A stretch of 64,000 bases of DNA from an uncultured Methylomirabilota bacterium (GTDB lineage: Bacteria > Methylomirabilota > Methylomirabilia > Methylomirabilales > 2-02-FULL-66-22): the NCBI GenBank assembly GCA_963705305.1, contig OY970067.1, forward strand, positions 2,272,001 through 2,336,000, in the 5' to 3' direction. The notes under the pieces are model-generated. The model was not told the origin of the DNA and did no database searches. It worked only from the letters and a program-made list of their open reading frames with translations. A program made the position numbers and the translations under genes. Below are positions 29,065-39,234 of the stretch, in pieces. Within the stretch, counting starts at the first letter, position 1, and each line of letters starts with the position of its first letter.

Positions 29065-29680
29065 CCTTCGAGCTGGTAGAGCGCCGAACCCCGCGCTCCA
29101 GCGGATCGGTGGCTCGCGGTGCTCGCTCCTCTAATACGGGACCCGGCCGTTTCTTTGCCGTAAAGGAAAATCTCTCCTCTGGATGCGAACGCATCCTCCC
29201 CGGCGGACTGACTTCCTGCACCTGCATCACTCCCAGGTGGTCTTTCGTGCCCCGGAATCGGCATCCGCTGGCGCTTGACCCCGACAGACTGGCTGGGTAT
29301 CCTAGCCTTGAACCGAAAGAACTGTTGAACCGCCATGACGCCAAGGCTCGCCCGTGTATGGATCCCGGCGGTTTTGCTTCAAGGCACTGGAACGCCCCCC
29401 AGGGGAGGTGACGCGGTTCCAGTCCTTTGGCATGTTGCCCATTCCAGCCGTGTCATTCGTGGCGCCTTGGCGGTGAGAGATCTTCGGAGTGGGGCGAGCA
29501 CCGCCGGCCGCGGCGTCAGGCGGCCCCCGGTCCGCGGGTGATCGAGCGGCCCGCCCATCCCTGTCCCCCGCGGACAGGCATCGCTGGGCATCCACTCAGA
29601 GATAGGACTCATAACAGAGATCCGGGGCGAGTCCCAGGCGGGGGCGGCTTGTATCGGCGAGAGAGGAAGGAGCACTGCGC

Positions 29681-30808
29681 GTGGCACGTCCCGATGTGAT
29701 CATCGTCGGCGGGGGGATCATCGGCTGCGCCATCGGATTCCACCTGGCGAAGGCGGGGGTCCACCCGCTGATCCTGGAGCGGAACGAGGTCGCCGCCGAG
29801 GCCTCCAGCGGCGCCGCCGGGATGCTGACCGCCCAGACACACACGGAGGAGGGCGATCCGCTGCTCCCGCTGATGCTTGCGAGTCGGGACCTGTACGCCT
29901 CCCTGGCGGAGGAGCTTTGGGACTGCACCGAGATCGACATCGAGTACCGGCGGCTGGGGCACCTGCTCCCCGCCCTCTCCGAGGAAGAGGACGCGGCGGT
30001 CGAAAAGCGGGTGACCTGGCAGGTCGAGCAGGGGCTTCCGGCCGAGCACCTGGGCGACCGGGAGGCCCGGGAGCTGGAGCCCGGCCTGAGCCCGGAGGTC
30101 CGCGGGGCGGGCTGGTTTCCCGAAGATCACCACGTGAACAACACCGCAGTGACGCAGGCCCTGGCCGCCGCCCTGCTGCGGCTGGGCGGGAAGATTCGCA
30201 CCGGCTGCCCCGTCGTCGATCTCGTTCGCGAGGGGGACCGCGTCGCGGGGGTCCGCACGGCGGACGAGCGCATCGCCGCCGGCCGCGTGATTCTCTGCGC
30301 GGGGGCCTGGTCGAAGGACTTCGAGGGGGCGGCGGGCATCCCGCTGCCGATCTTTCCGGCCAAGGGCCAGATCATCGTGGCCCGGATGGCCACGCCGGCC
30401 GTCCGTCACGTCGTGTACGGGATGGCGGCGTATGCCGTTCCGCGGGCCAGCGGGGAGCACATCATCGGCAGCACGGTGGAGCACGTGGGCTTCGACAAGC
30501 GGGTGACCATCGAGGGGGTCACGGGCATCCTGGCGCACATGACGGCCCAGGTCCCGGCCCTGCGGGAGGCGGAGATGGTGGCGAGCTGGGGCTGTCTCCG
30601 GCCCGCGGCGCCGGACGGCCTCCCCCTCCTGGGCCCAGTGCCAGGCCGCCCAGGCCTCTTCGTGGCCGCCGGCCACTTCCGGCACGGCATCCTGCTCGGG
30701 CCCATCACGGGACAGCTGCTCAGCGAGCTGATCCTTACCGGCAGGTCTTCCATCCCCCTGGATCCCTTCCGTCCCGACCGCCCCTTCCCGCCCGGCCCGC
30801 CGGAATAA
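29681..30808 (+). CDS. thiO: Glycine oxidase ThiO-like FAD oxidoreductase
   Basis: GGGIIG, ASSGAAGML, PAKGQ, GSTVE..GFDK, LRP..PDGLP, GHFRHGILL. Confidence 0.85.
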   Translation: MARPDVIIVGGGIIGCAIGFHLAKAGVHPLILERNEVAAEASSGAAGMLTAQTHTEEGDPLLPLMLASRDLYASLAEELWDCTEIDIEYRRLGHLLPALSEEEDAAVEKRVTWQVEQGLPAEHLGDREARELEPGLSPEVRGAGWFPEDHHVNNTAVTQALAAALLRLGGKIRTGCPVVDLVREGDRVAGVRTADERIAAGRVILCAGAWSKDFEGAAGIPLPIFPAKGQIIVARMATPAVRHVVYGMAAYAVPRASGEHIIGSTVEHVGFDKRVTIEGVTGILAHMTAQVPALREAEMVASWGCLRPAAPDGLPLLGPVPGRPGLFVAAGHFRHGILLGPITGQLLSELILTGRSSIPLDPFRPDRPFPPGPPE

Positions 30809-30970
30809 ATGGCGGTTGCTGATTCAGTGGGTGCAGATTGCGCACCTTGCCTCTTCGATCTCTTGCCTTCGGTTCGCAGGCTCCGCCTCACCCCCTCTCC
30901 CGTGCTCCCCCTCTCCCTGTTCGCTTCCCGCCCCGCCCCTACGCCTCCGCTCCTCTGTGCAACCTGCACC

Positions 30971-33900
30971 TCAGCGTCCTTTCCCCTCGTCGGCCTTGGG
31001 CGGCTGGGACTCCAGGTCCTTGAAGGTCCCGATGAGCGCTTCGGGGATGTCGAGCAGGTTCTGGAAGATGCCGAAGATGTTCCGGCCGACCGATTTCAGG
31101 GGGATCGGCTCGACGCGGGGGTCGTGGAGCGGACCAGTCACATGGTAGTAGGCGACCAGCAGGCTCTTCTCCTTTCCGCCCAGCAGCCAGCCGGCGATGG
31201 GGATGTGGGTGACGAGGGTATCCACGGTCTGCAGCGGCTTGATTGCCACCGTCAGGTCCACGGTGTTGTCGGCGAGGTTGGCCTGGCCGACGGCGTTCAC
31301 CTTCATGGACTGGCTGTCCAGGATCAGATTCTCCGTCTTGAGGACGCCGTCCGTGATGGTCATGTCCGCCGTCAGCTGCTGATACGCCATTCCCTTGCCG
31401 AAGAGATCCGGCACCTGCAGGTGCAGGAGCTGTGAGACATTGAGCAGGGAGAAGATCCGGGCCAGGATGGTGTTGCTTCCGATGCGTCCGTCCCGCATGA
31501 CGAGCTTGAGCTTCCCGTCCAGATGGGACCAGAAATCTGCCTGCGTCTCGCCGTGGCTGGACAGCGTCCCTCCCAGGGAGAGGGCGCCTGTCAGCCCGTC
31601 CTTTCCCTGGTACAGTCCGGCCAGCAGCTGGGCTGCCCGCCCTCCGTCCTCTTGAAATGTCAGGTGAACCTCCCACTGGCTCTCCCGGCGTTGGATCTCC
31701 CCGGCACCCCGGAAGGTCCCCTGGGCCAGACGCGCCTGCCACTGGCGAATCAGGATGCGGTCCCCCCGCAGCTCGAGGGCCGCACGGACGTCCTCGAACG
31801 GGGCGGAGAGCCCCGTCACGGACAGGCCGCACTCTGCGATCTCGAGCGTCCCCTGAAGGCTCGGGGCGTCCAGGGGGCCGGTCGCGCGCACGTCGGCGAT
31901 GGCGAGTCCGGCCGTGGGATGTACGGCCGCCAGCATGCCGTCGAGGGCGGCAAAGGGGAGGTGGCCCGCCACCCGGAGGTCGGTCGCCTGACCGCCGAAC
32001 AGCTTCCCCAGGATCTCGAATTTGTGCTGGCCCGCCTGCAGGGACAGGTGCTGGATAGTGACCGCAGACCCCTTCCAGACGACCTGGACAGGGCCCTGGC
32101 TCTCCCAGGACTGCCCTCCCACCTGGAAGCGCAGGGCAGTGAAGCTCGCCTCGCCCGCGCTGCCTTCCAGACGATCGGCCGGGCCGCGCAGGACGATAGT
32201 CCCGCTCCCCTGGGCCTGCCAGCGGCGGAGAAGCGGGACATCTGCGATCCGGGAGACCAAATCCAGATCCGCCCTCACCAGGGTGAGCTCCGCCTGGACG
32301 GTGCGGTCCGGCGGGGGGCTGAGGACGAGGTGCAGGCGGTACCCTCCTTCTCGGAAGGCGAGGGTTGCATCCAGCGCTTTTTGCTCAAATGTGTACGTGA
32401 CCGCCGTCGGGCCCAGGGGGATGCCGCGGTAGGCGAGGGTCTGGGCCGCGACCTGCCCCAGCGTGCGGGTATCTTTCAGCGTCCCCTCCAGGCGCAATTG
32501 AAACACGGCCCGCCCGGTCAGCTGGCTGCCGGACAGCGACCCCACGCGGGCGAGATCCATCGGGGTGCTGGACAGGCGCCCCTGGAGGACGCCGTCCTTC
32601 CCGATGCCGATCTCGCCGGTTACCTCTTCGCTACCGCGCTGCAGCAGGATCCGCGTGATCCCGATCCCCTGGGGACCGAGTTGGATGAGGGCGGCGCCCT
32701 CCCGCCAGGATTCTTCCCAGGTTTGGACGTTCCCCAGCGTCAGGCGGACCTCGCCGCGTGGATCCGCCAGCGTCCCGCTCAGCCGGCCCGAGGCCCGGAA
32801 TGTCCCGTGGACCTCCAGCTCTTCGGGAAGGAACGTAATCAAGTCGGCGGTTCGTCCCGGGTTGGCCTCGCCCTGAAGATCGAAGCGGACATCCCGCTTC
32901 AGGTCGAGCTGTCGAAGCGGGGTCGCTCCCATGGCCGTGGCGCTGCCGCGCAGGCTGATGGCCGTCCGGCCGAGGCGGAGGGACAGGCGCGCGGTCTTCA
33001 CGGTCCGCCCCGCCAGCGCGATGTCTCCCTGAATGAGGTCGAAGGTCCGAGTGACGAGGTGCGCCTCCCGCCAGGTGAGGGCGCCCCGCAACTGCGGGGC
33101 TGACCGGGTACCGGCCAGCTCACCTCGGAAGGTCACTCTCCCGCCCAAAGGCGGCAGACCGAAACTGTGGGCGATGCCGGTCACATCCCTGAGGTCGGCC
33201 GCGAATGGAACGCGCATCCGGCCGGTTGAGAACTCGAGGCGGCCGCGCCCCCGGACCTCTCCGCCCGGAAGGGTCAGGGTGAAGGGGGTGAGGTCCAGTC
33301 CCGATTCGTCGGCCACGACTCGGGCCTCCAGTCGTCCAGCCGGCCCTTCCCCCGCCAGTCCCAGATCGTCCACGCGAAGCCTGCCGCGGCCACGCAGGGC
33401 GGCCAGGTCCAGCCCCTCTCCCGTCACGTCGATCTCGGCATTCAGCCGGCCCCGCAGATCCTGCGGGGGAGAGATGCCCGCCAGAGCCAGGGCGGCCACG
33501 GGGAGGCCGCGCAGCGACGCCAGGTCGGCGTCCGCGATCGCAAGGTGTGCCCGGAAGATGCGAGTCGCCGCTTCCCAGGTCAATCGCCCCTGAACGGAGC
33601 TCGCCGGCGCTCCCGCACCGGGGGCGGTGGCGAGCTCCAAGCGGCCGTCGGCCCAGGCCAGGGTGAAACGAAACGGCTCCGCAGCGCCCGCTCCGAGTTG
33701 CAGGCTGGCCTCCCCCTGGAAGGCCAGCTGTTCCCACGGCCCCCGCAGCGTTCCCGCCACAGTCGCCAGGCCTTCCGCCTTCCGCTGCAACCCCGCCAGA
33801 TGAAGGAGGGCAGGCAGCGGAGCGCGGATGCCCACCTGAAGGTCGAGCCGGGCCGGCCCCCGTGGATTTCGGATCCGGCCCGTCGCCGTCACCTGGATTC

Positions 33901-34606
33901 CGTCCAAGCTGAACTCGGCGGCGCTGACGGTCATGCCCGCCGCCGTCCCGGACAGACGCAGGCCGATTTGATCCACCTGCCGCCTGGCGCCACCCAGGGA
34001 GGCGATTAGGCGGGTCGCATGGAGCGCGGCCGATACGGAGGGAACTCCGTCGGGGGCCGGTTTCCAGTCAAGGCTGCCATACAGATCGGCGAGGGTGCCC
34101 TGCTGCCCGCCGGCGTCCGTCCAGCGCAGGCCTCCGGTCTGGACAACAGCCTGCCGGATGATGACGGGCCATCCGCCTACCGTGAGCGGTTGCGGCTGGA
34201 GCAGGGCGGGGAGAACATCCTGCATAGTCAGTGCGGGAGTCCCAGGGGCTGGCGGCAGGAGGGAGAGCACGGGGTGGGTCAGCGCGATCTGGCGAAGGAG
34301 CAGCCGACCGCGGAAGAGCGCGGTCCAGCTCCAGCGCGCCCGCAGGGCCTCCACCAGAAGGAGGGGCCCTTGGGGGGGCTCCAGCCCACGGGTCACCCGA
34401 ATCCCGTATAGGTCCAGCCGGCCGACCCAGGGCTGCAGGCGCACGTCCGCGATCTTCACCTGACGCCCCAGCGCATGCGTCAGGCCCTCTTCGGCCCAGG
34501 TCAGGACCTGGCGGCGGACGAAGGCCGTCTGGCTCGCGGCATAGACGCCGATGAGCGCTGCCAGCAGGGCGCCGGACGACCAGAGGAGCAGGCGGCGGGT
34601 ACGCAT
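30971..34606 (-). CDS. AsmA-like (YhdP/TamB-type) intermembrane lipid-bridge protein
   Basis: N-terminal TM anchor, long repetitive beta-rich body, AsmA_2-like C-terminus (YQQLTADMTITDGVLKTENL...IPIAGWLL..YHVTGPLHDP). Confidence 0.8.
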   Translation of the reverse strand: MRTRRLLLWSSGALLAALIGVYAASQTAFVRRQVLTWAEEGLTHALGRQVKIADVRLQPWVGRLDLYGIRVTRGLEPPQGPLLLVEALRARWSWTALFRGRLLLRQIALTHPVLSLLPPAPGTPALTMQDVLPALLQPQPLTVGGWPVIIRQAVVQTGGLRWTDAGGQQGTLADLYGSLDWKPAPDGVPSVSAALHATRLIASLGGARRQVDQIGLRLSGTAAGMTVSAAEFSLDGIQVTATGRIRNPRGPARLDLQVGIRAPLPALLHLAGLQRKAEGLATVAGTLRGPWEQLAFQGEASLQLGAGAAEPFRFTLAWADGRLELATAPGAGAPASSVQGRLTWEAATRIFRAHLAIADADLASLRGLPVAALALAGISPPQDLRGRLNAEIDVTGEGLDLAALRGRGRLRVDDLGLAGEGPAGRLEARVVADESGLDLTPFTLTLPGGEVRGRGRLEFSTGRMRVPFAADLRDVTGIAHSFGLPPLGGRVTFRGELAGTRSAPQLRGALTWREAHLVTRTFDLIQGDIALAGRTVKTARLSLRLGRTAISLRGSATAMGATPLRQLDLKRDVRFDLQGEANPGRTADLITFLPEELEVHGTFRASGRLSGTLADPRGEVRLTLGNVQTWEESWREGAALIQLGPQGIGITRILLQRGSEEVTGEIGIGKDGVLQGRLSSTPMDLARVGSLSGSQLTGRAVFQLRLEGTLKDTRTLGQVAAQTLAYRGIPLGPTAVTYTFEQKALDATLAFREGGYRLHLVLSPPPDRTVQAELTLVRADLDLVSRIADVPLLRRWQAQGSGTIVLRGPADRLEGSAGEASFTALRFQVGGQSWESQGPVQVVWKGSAVTIQHLSLQAGQHKFEILGKLFGGQATDLRVAGHLPFAALDGMLAAVHPTAGLAIADVRATGPLDAPSLQGTLEIAECGLSVTGLSAPFEDVRAALELRGDRILIRQWQARLAQGTFRGAGEIQRRESQWEVHLTFQEDGGRAAQLLAGLYQGKDGLTGALSLGGTLSSHGETQADFWSHLDGKLKLVMRDGRIGSNTILARIFSLLNVSQLLHLQVPDLFGKGMAYQQLTADMTITDGVLKTENLILDSQSMKVNAVGQANLADNTVDLTVAIKPLQTVDTLVTHIPIAGWLLGGKEKSLLVAYYHVTGPLHDPRVEPIPLKSVGRNIFGIFQNLLDIPEALIGTFKDLESQPPKADEGKGR

Positions 34607-34619
34607 GGAACGCCTTCAC

Positions 34620-35978
34620 TCAGGGATCGGCCTTGGGGCGGAAGCCGCCAGCCCGCTCCTCGCCCTTTCCTGTGCGCTCCAGCTTGACACGGGCGATGCG
34701 GCGGCCGTCCATCTCCACGATGGTCAGGCGCCAGTCTTCGTAGGTGACGATCTCTCCGCCCCGCGGAATCCGCTGGAGCTGGGACAGGATGAAGCCAGCC
34801 AGCGTCTCGTACTCCGAGGACTCCGGGAACCGGAGATTGTGCTGGTCCGCCAGATCGTGAATGCTGATCGAGGCGTCCACGATGTACGAGCCGTCGCGCA
34901 GCCGCTGGACCGCGCGCGGCTCCCGGTCCGCCTCGTCCTCGATCTCGCCCACGATCTCCTCGATCAGGTCCTCGATGGTGATCAATCCCTCTACCCCCCC
35001 GTACTCGTCTACCACCAGGGCCATGGGCATCCGCCGCTTCTGCATCACCTTGAGCAGCTGGCTGACGTGCACGGTCTCCGGGGCGAAGAAGGCGGGGCGC
35101 AGTATTTCGGCCAGGGCGATCGGCTTCTTCTCCACCAGCAGGCGGAACAGATCCTTGTCGTACAGGATCCCCACCACTTCGTCCAGGCTGTTGCGGTAGA
35201 CGGGGTAGCGCGATTTGCCTGTCTCGATGATGTCGGCGAGGATCTGCTCCACCGGCGTCTCGATGTCAATCGCCTGGATCCGCGGGCGCGGGATCATGAC
35301 ATCCTTGGCCGACGCCTCGGTGAACTCGAACACACTGTGGATGAGCTCCTGCTCTGCCTGGTCGAAGATCCCCTGGGCGCGCCCCTCCCGCAGCAGCTGC
35401 TTGATCTCCTCCTCCGAGACGAAGGCCCGCTCCGCAGCCCCCTTCTGGCCCAGGAGTCGGAGGACCAGCCGGTTGGAGGCGGTGAACACCCGGACCAGGG
35501 GGAACGTCAGATGCGCCAGCCGGTCGAGAGGTCCCGCCACCCAGCAGGCGGCGGGCACGGCGTGGCGGAGGGCCAGCGACTTGGGCGCCAGCTCGCCCAG
35601 GATGAGCATGGCGTACGTGATGGCCACGACGACCAGGGCCAGGGCCACCGGCCCTGCCAGGGACGACAGGAGGGGGACGGGGATCTTGCGGATCAGGGGC
35701 GAGAGGGCGCGCACCGCCGTGGCGCCGCCTACCGCGGAAGCCAGGGTACCGATGAAGGTGACGCCAATCTGGACCGTGGCCAGGAAGCGGTCCGGGTCCT
35801 CCTGGAGGGCGACCACGCGCTTGGCACGGGTGTCCCCTTCGTCCGCCAACTGGTGGATGCGGCTTCGCCGGGCCGAGACCAGCGCGATCTCGGCGCCGGA
35901 GAAGAAGCCGTTCAGCAGGACCAGGATGCCGATGAAGATGGCTTCCAGCCAGAGGTTGGGGAGCACGGAACCCTCCAT
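34620..35978 (-). CDS. HlyC/CorC (CNNM-CBS-CorC) family transporter
   Basis: NGFFSGAEIALVS, GELAPKSLA, SRYPVY, DEYGG..GLITIEDLIEEIVGEI. Confidence 0.92.
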   Translation of the reverse strand: MEGSVLPNLWLEAIFIGILVLLNGFFSGAEIALVSARRSRIHQLADEGDTRAKRVVALQEDPDRFLATVQIGVTFIGTLASAVGGATAVRALSPLIRKIPVPLLSSLAGPVALALVVVAITYAMLILGELAPKSLALRHAVPAACWVAGPLDRLAHLTFPLVRVFTASNRLVLRLLGQKGAAERAFVSEEEIKQLLREGRAQGIFDQAEQELIHSVFEFTEASAKDVMIPRPRIQAIDIETPVEQILADIIETGKSRYPVYRNSLDEVVGILYDKDLFRLLVEKKPIALAEILRPAFFAPETVHVSQLLKVMQKRRMPMALVVDEYGGVEGLITIEDLIEEIVGEIEDEADREPRAVQRLRDGSYIVDASISIHDLADQHNLRFPESSEYETLAGFILSQLQRIPRGGEIVTYEDWRLTIVEMDGRRIARVKLERTGKGEERAGGFRPKADP

Positions 35979-36005
35979 GCGATTCTCCTCGTCCGCCGGC
36001 CGCGA

Positions 36006-36629
36006 CTACGCATCCTGCTTGGGCAGCTCCTGCCGCAGCACGTGCGGGGTGCTGATGCCTCCGGAGAGGATGATCTGGATCCCCTGGGGCACCGTCAGGC
36101 GGGTCAGGATGACTTCCTCGCGGCGGACCAGCACGATATCTCCCAGGTAGAGGTGGTTGGTGGGGACGTACACGGCCACCAAAGGCTCCGTCTCCCCGGT
36201 TCCCCGCTGCAGGTCCACCTCGCTGGTGAGAAAGCCGAAGGAGTAGCGTCCCTTCTCCCGGGTGGGGACGAGGACGAACTCGCGGAAAGCGACCTGATTG
36301 TCGGGGGAAAAGGCGTTCAGCAGCTGCTTCACCGCCGAGTAGATGTTGCGGAAGATGGGGATCCGGTACAGCAGGAGGTCCATCCACCCCAGGATCCGGC
36401 GACCGACCACGTTGGTCGCGAAGAATCCCATGAGGATGACCAGCAGGATCGCCACCAGGAGCCCCAGGCCGGGAAGGCGCATGGGGAAGGTGTCGGAGAT
36501 GAGCGGGGCCAGGAGGCCGTCCACGAAGTCGAACAGCTCCCAGAACGTCCAGACGCTCACCGCGAGCGGAACGATGACCAGGAGGCCGGTGATGAACTTG
36601 ATCTGCAACTGCCGTCGAAGTTTGCCCAT
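36006..36629 (-). CDS. DUF502 membrane protein
   Basis: FITGLLVIVPL, RIPIFRNIYSAVKQL, VYVPT, IILSGG. Confidence 0.88.
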   Translation of the reverse strand: MGKLRRQLQIKFITGLLVIVPLAVSVWTFWELFDFVDGLLAPLISDTFPMRLPGLGLLVAILLVILMGFFATNVVGRRILGWMDLLLYRIPIFRNIYSAVKQLLNAFSPDNQVAFREFVLVPTREKGRYSFGFLTSEVDLQRGTGETEPLVAVYVPTNHLYLGDIVLVRREEVILTRLTVPQGIQIILSGGISTPHVLRQELPKQDA

Positions 36630-36673
36630 GACAAGACCGGGGGTTATGAGTTATAAGCCGGCGCTTTGCCGGG

Positions 36674-39169
36674 TCACGGCCAGTTGGCCGGATCTCGGTT
36701 GAACGGCTCCTCCAGCGGCTTGAGCCGCTCGCGCACGTCGTCCGTACGAAGGTTGAGACGGCCGGCCACGGCCAGGATGGACGTCACCTGCCGGTAGGCC
36801 GGGTCGCCGGCGTCCCGCAACCCGGCCACCAGGCCGGGGACGCGCGTTCGGAGCAGGGCAAACACCGCCATCCGCAGCTCCTGCTCCGGCAGGCCGAGCC
36901 CGAGGCGCCCGCCGATGTGGAGCAGATCGAGAAACTGCTGCCAGACCTCCGGGGCGGACGAGTCGGCGATGGCGGCCAGGCGGGCGCAGAGCATCCGCCC
37001 GAACGCCGTCGAGGAGGCATCCAGGTCGAGACGGAGCCCAAGGTGCCTGGCCCGGTCCGCCAGATCCACCACGGCTGCGTAGCGCTGAGGGTTGGACACC
37101 TCGGCGAGGGCGACCATGGCCTGGAGCACCTGGCGCGACCAGTCCTCCTCGAGCGCGGCCCGCATCCAGGCCGGCAGCGGCATGCCGGCCTCCGCCATGA
37201 CCTCGGCGAGCGGCAGCGCGTCCAGGCCCACCCGGTGAAGCGACTCCCGCAGGCCGGCCAAGCTTCCGGCCATCAGCTCGGCCAGGGCGGCATGCCGCTC
37301 GTCGGGGGGGAAGTCCCGCAGGCGAACGAGTTGCGTCCGGTATCGCCCGCTCCAGGCCGTCAGGTCCGCGCCTGTCGCGCCCAGGGCCGCCCGGCTGTCC
37401 GCTATGTATTGCGGCCAGGCCTCGGGGGCCGGCCGGGGGCCGATGCCGGCCAGGAAATCGAACCGGCCGTCCCGGCGGCAAGCGGCGCCAAGGTTCAGCG
37501 TTTCGCCAGTGATCTCGGAGACCGCCTGAACTCCCGCCAGCAGCAGGGCGCCCTCCTGGACGACCGGATCCAGCTTCAGCTGCCATCGGTAGCGGGTCTG
37601 CGGGGCGACGGTGCGGCCGAGCAGGCCGTCCAGGAGGGCGCGGGCGGCGGCCAGCTCGGGCGTGAAACGGGAAGGGCGGACCTGGCGCTCCCAGATCGCG
37701 CGCCCGTCTCCGTGCTCCGGAACGTTGCTCTTGGCCCGGGCCAGCTCATCGAGCAGAATCGCCTCCAGATCGAGGGGCGCGAAGGGGGCCGCCAGCTCGA
37801 TGGCCCGGGCCGCGTAGCGGAGGTTCTGCACCGTCTCGATCCCCGAGATGTCGGCGAAGAACCAGCCGCAGCTGGTGTACATGAGCATAGCCTGGTGCTG
37901 CATCTCGAGGAGACGCAAGGCCCGGCCGCGCTCGTCCCGGGTCAACGATCGGACCTGGTGCCCCGCGAAGAAGGCCTCGCGGACGGATTCCCGCGGGTCC
38001 AGCAGGAGATCGATGTAGGCGTCGCGGGCCTCCCAGGGATCCCGGAAGAGCGTCTCCCCCTCGTCCTGAAAGAGATCGGCCAAAATGTCCCGCAGGCGGT
38101 CCAGGCCCCGCCGCAGCGGCGCCCGCCACGCCTGGCTCCAGCCGGGTCCGCCGCCCGTGCTGCACCCGCAGTCCTCGCGCCAGCGGCCGACACCGTGCGA
38201 GCAGCTCCAGGCGCTCTCCGGGAGCAAATCCACCTCCCAGGCGGGGCGGTGGCTCGCCAGGTAGGCGGCCAGGTTCGTGGGCTGGAAGTCGTGCCGCGGG
38301 GCCTCGCGGGTGAACAGCCTGGCCAGGCACATGTCGCCGAACGGCTCGTGGTGGCCGAACGACTCTCCGTCCGTGGCAATCAGGATCAGCGGATCGGCCT
38401 CGCTGGCCGCCGCCTCCTCGATCCGTCTCGCCAGGAGATCCGCGTCCTTGAGGGTGTGCTGGAAGCTGATCCCGCGAGACAGCGGGGCATGGTAGAAGCA
38501 GATGTCGATGCCCAGATCCCCTTGGGGCCGCCCATCCGCGTCGCGCAGGAGCCAGCGGTAGGGCCGGCGGGGATCCAGCTCGGCGCTCCCGCGAGTGAGC
38601 CACGCCTCCTGGCCCAGCGGTCGCCAGCGCGCCGCCTGCGCCGGGGAGAGGATGGCGTAGCGCATGCCGGCCCGGATCAAGAGCTCTAGGGTGAGGGCAT
38701 CCACCGCCGTCTCGGGCAGCCACATGGCCTCGGGATCGCGGCCGAAGCGGTGGCGAAACTCGCGGACCCCCCAGACGATCTGGGTCCAGCGGTCGCGCCG
38801 GGTCGCCAGCGGGAGGATCATGTGATTATACGCCTGGGCGACGGCATTGCCGTGGCCCAGGCGGGACAGGCTGCGGCGATCCGCCTCCTGCAGGGACGTC
38901 CACACGTCGGGGGCGGCCCCCGCCAGCCAGGAGAGCAGTGTGGGCCCGAAATTGAAGCTGAGGAACTCGTAGGTGTTGACGAAATCCTGGATCTGCCCCC
39001 GCGCATCGAGCACCGGGGAGCGGGCGTTGGGCGCGTAGCACTCCCCCAGAATCCGCCGGTTCCAGTCGTGGGCAGGGGCGGCGCTGGGCTGGCGCTCGAT
39101 GACTCCCGTCCAGGGATTCTCGCGGGGAGGCTGGTAGAAGTGACCGTGGATGACCACATGCATCGCCAT
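36674..39169 (-). CDS. GH57 glycoside hydrolase with DUF3536
   Basis: HGHFYQPPRENPW, SFNFGPTLLSW, WLPETAVD, ATDGESFGHH, MYTSCGWFF. Confidence 0.9.
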   Translation of the reverse strand: MAMHVVIHGHFYQPPRENPWTGVIERQPSAAPAHDWNRRILGECYAPNARSPVLDARGQIQDFVNTYEFLSFNFGPTLLSWLAGAAPDVWTSLQEADRRSLSRLGHGNAVAQAYNHMILPLATRRDRWTQIVWGVREFRHRFGRDPEAMWLPETAVDALTLELLIRAGMRYAILSPAQAARWRPLGQEAWLTRGSAELDPRRPYRWLLRDADGRPQGDLGIDICFYHAPLSRGISFQHTLKDADLLARRIEEAAASEADPLILIATDGESFGHHEPFGDMCLARLFTREAPRHDFQPTNLAAYLASHRPAWEVDLLPESAWSCSHGVGRWREDCGCSTGGGPGWSQAWRAPLRRGLDRLRDILADLFQDEGETLFRDPWEARDAYIDLLLDPRESVREAFFAGHQVRSLTRDERGRALRLLEMQHQAMLMYTSCGWFFADISGIETVQNLRYAARAIELAAPFAPLDLEAILLDELARAKSNVPEHGDGRAIWERQVRPSRFTPELAAARALLDGLLGRTVAPQTRYRWQLKLDPVVQEGALLLAGVQAVSEITGETLNLGAACRRDGRFDFLAGIGPRPAPEAWPQYIADSRAALGATGADLTAWSGRYRTQLVRLRDFPPDERHAALAELMAGSLAGLRESLHRVGLDALPLAEVMAEAGMPLPAWMRAALEEDWSRQVLQAMVALAEVSNPQRYAAVVDLADRARHLGLRLDLDASSTAFGRMLCARLAAIADSSAPEVWQQFLDLLHIGGRLGLGLPEQELRMAVFALLRTRVPGLVAGLRDAGDPAYRQVTSILAVAGRLNLRTDDVRERLKPLEEPFNRDPANWP

Positions 39170-39234
39170 ATTCTGGTTGGCTCGCCGGCCGGCGCCGGAC
39201 CCCGGATGGCCCGGCATGCACGCGCCGAGGCTGG

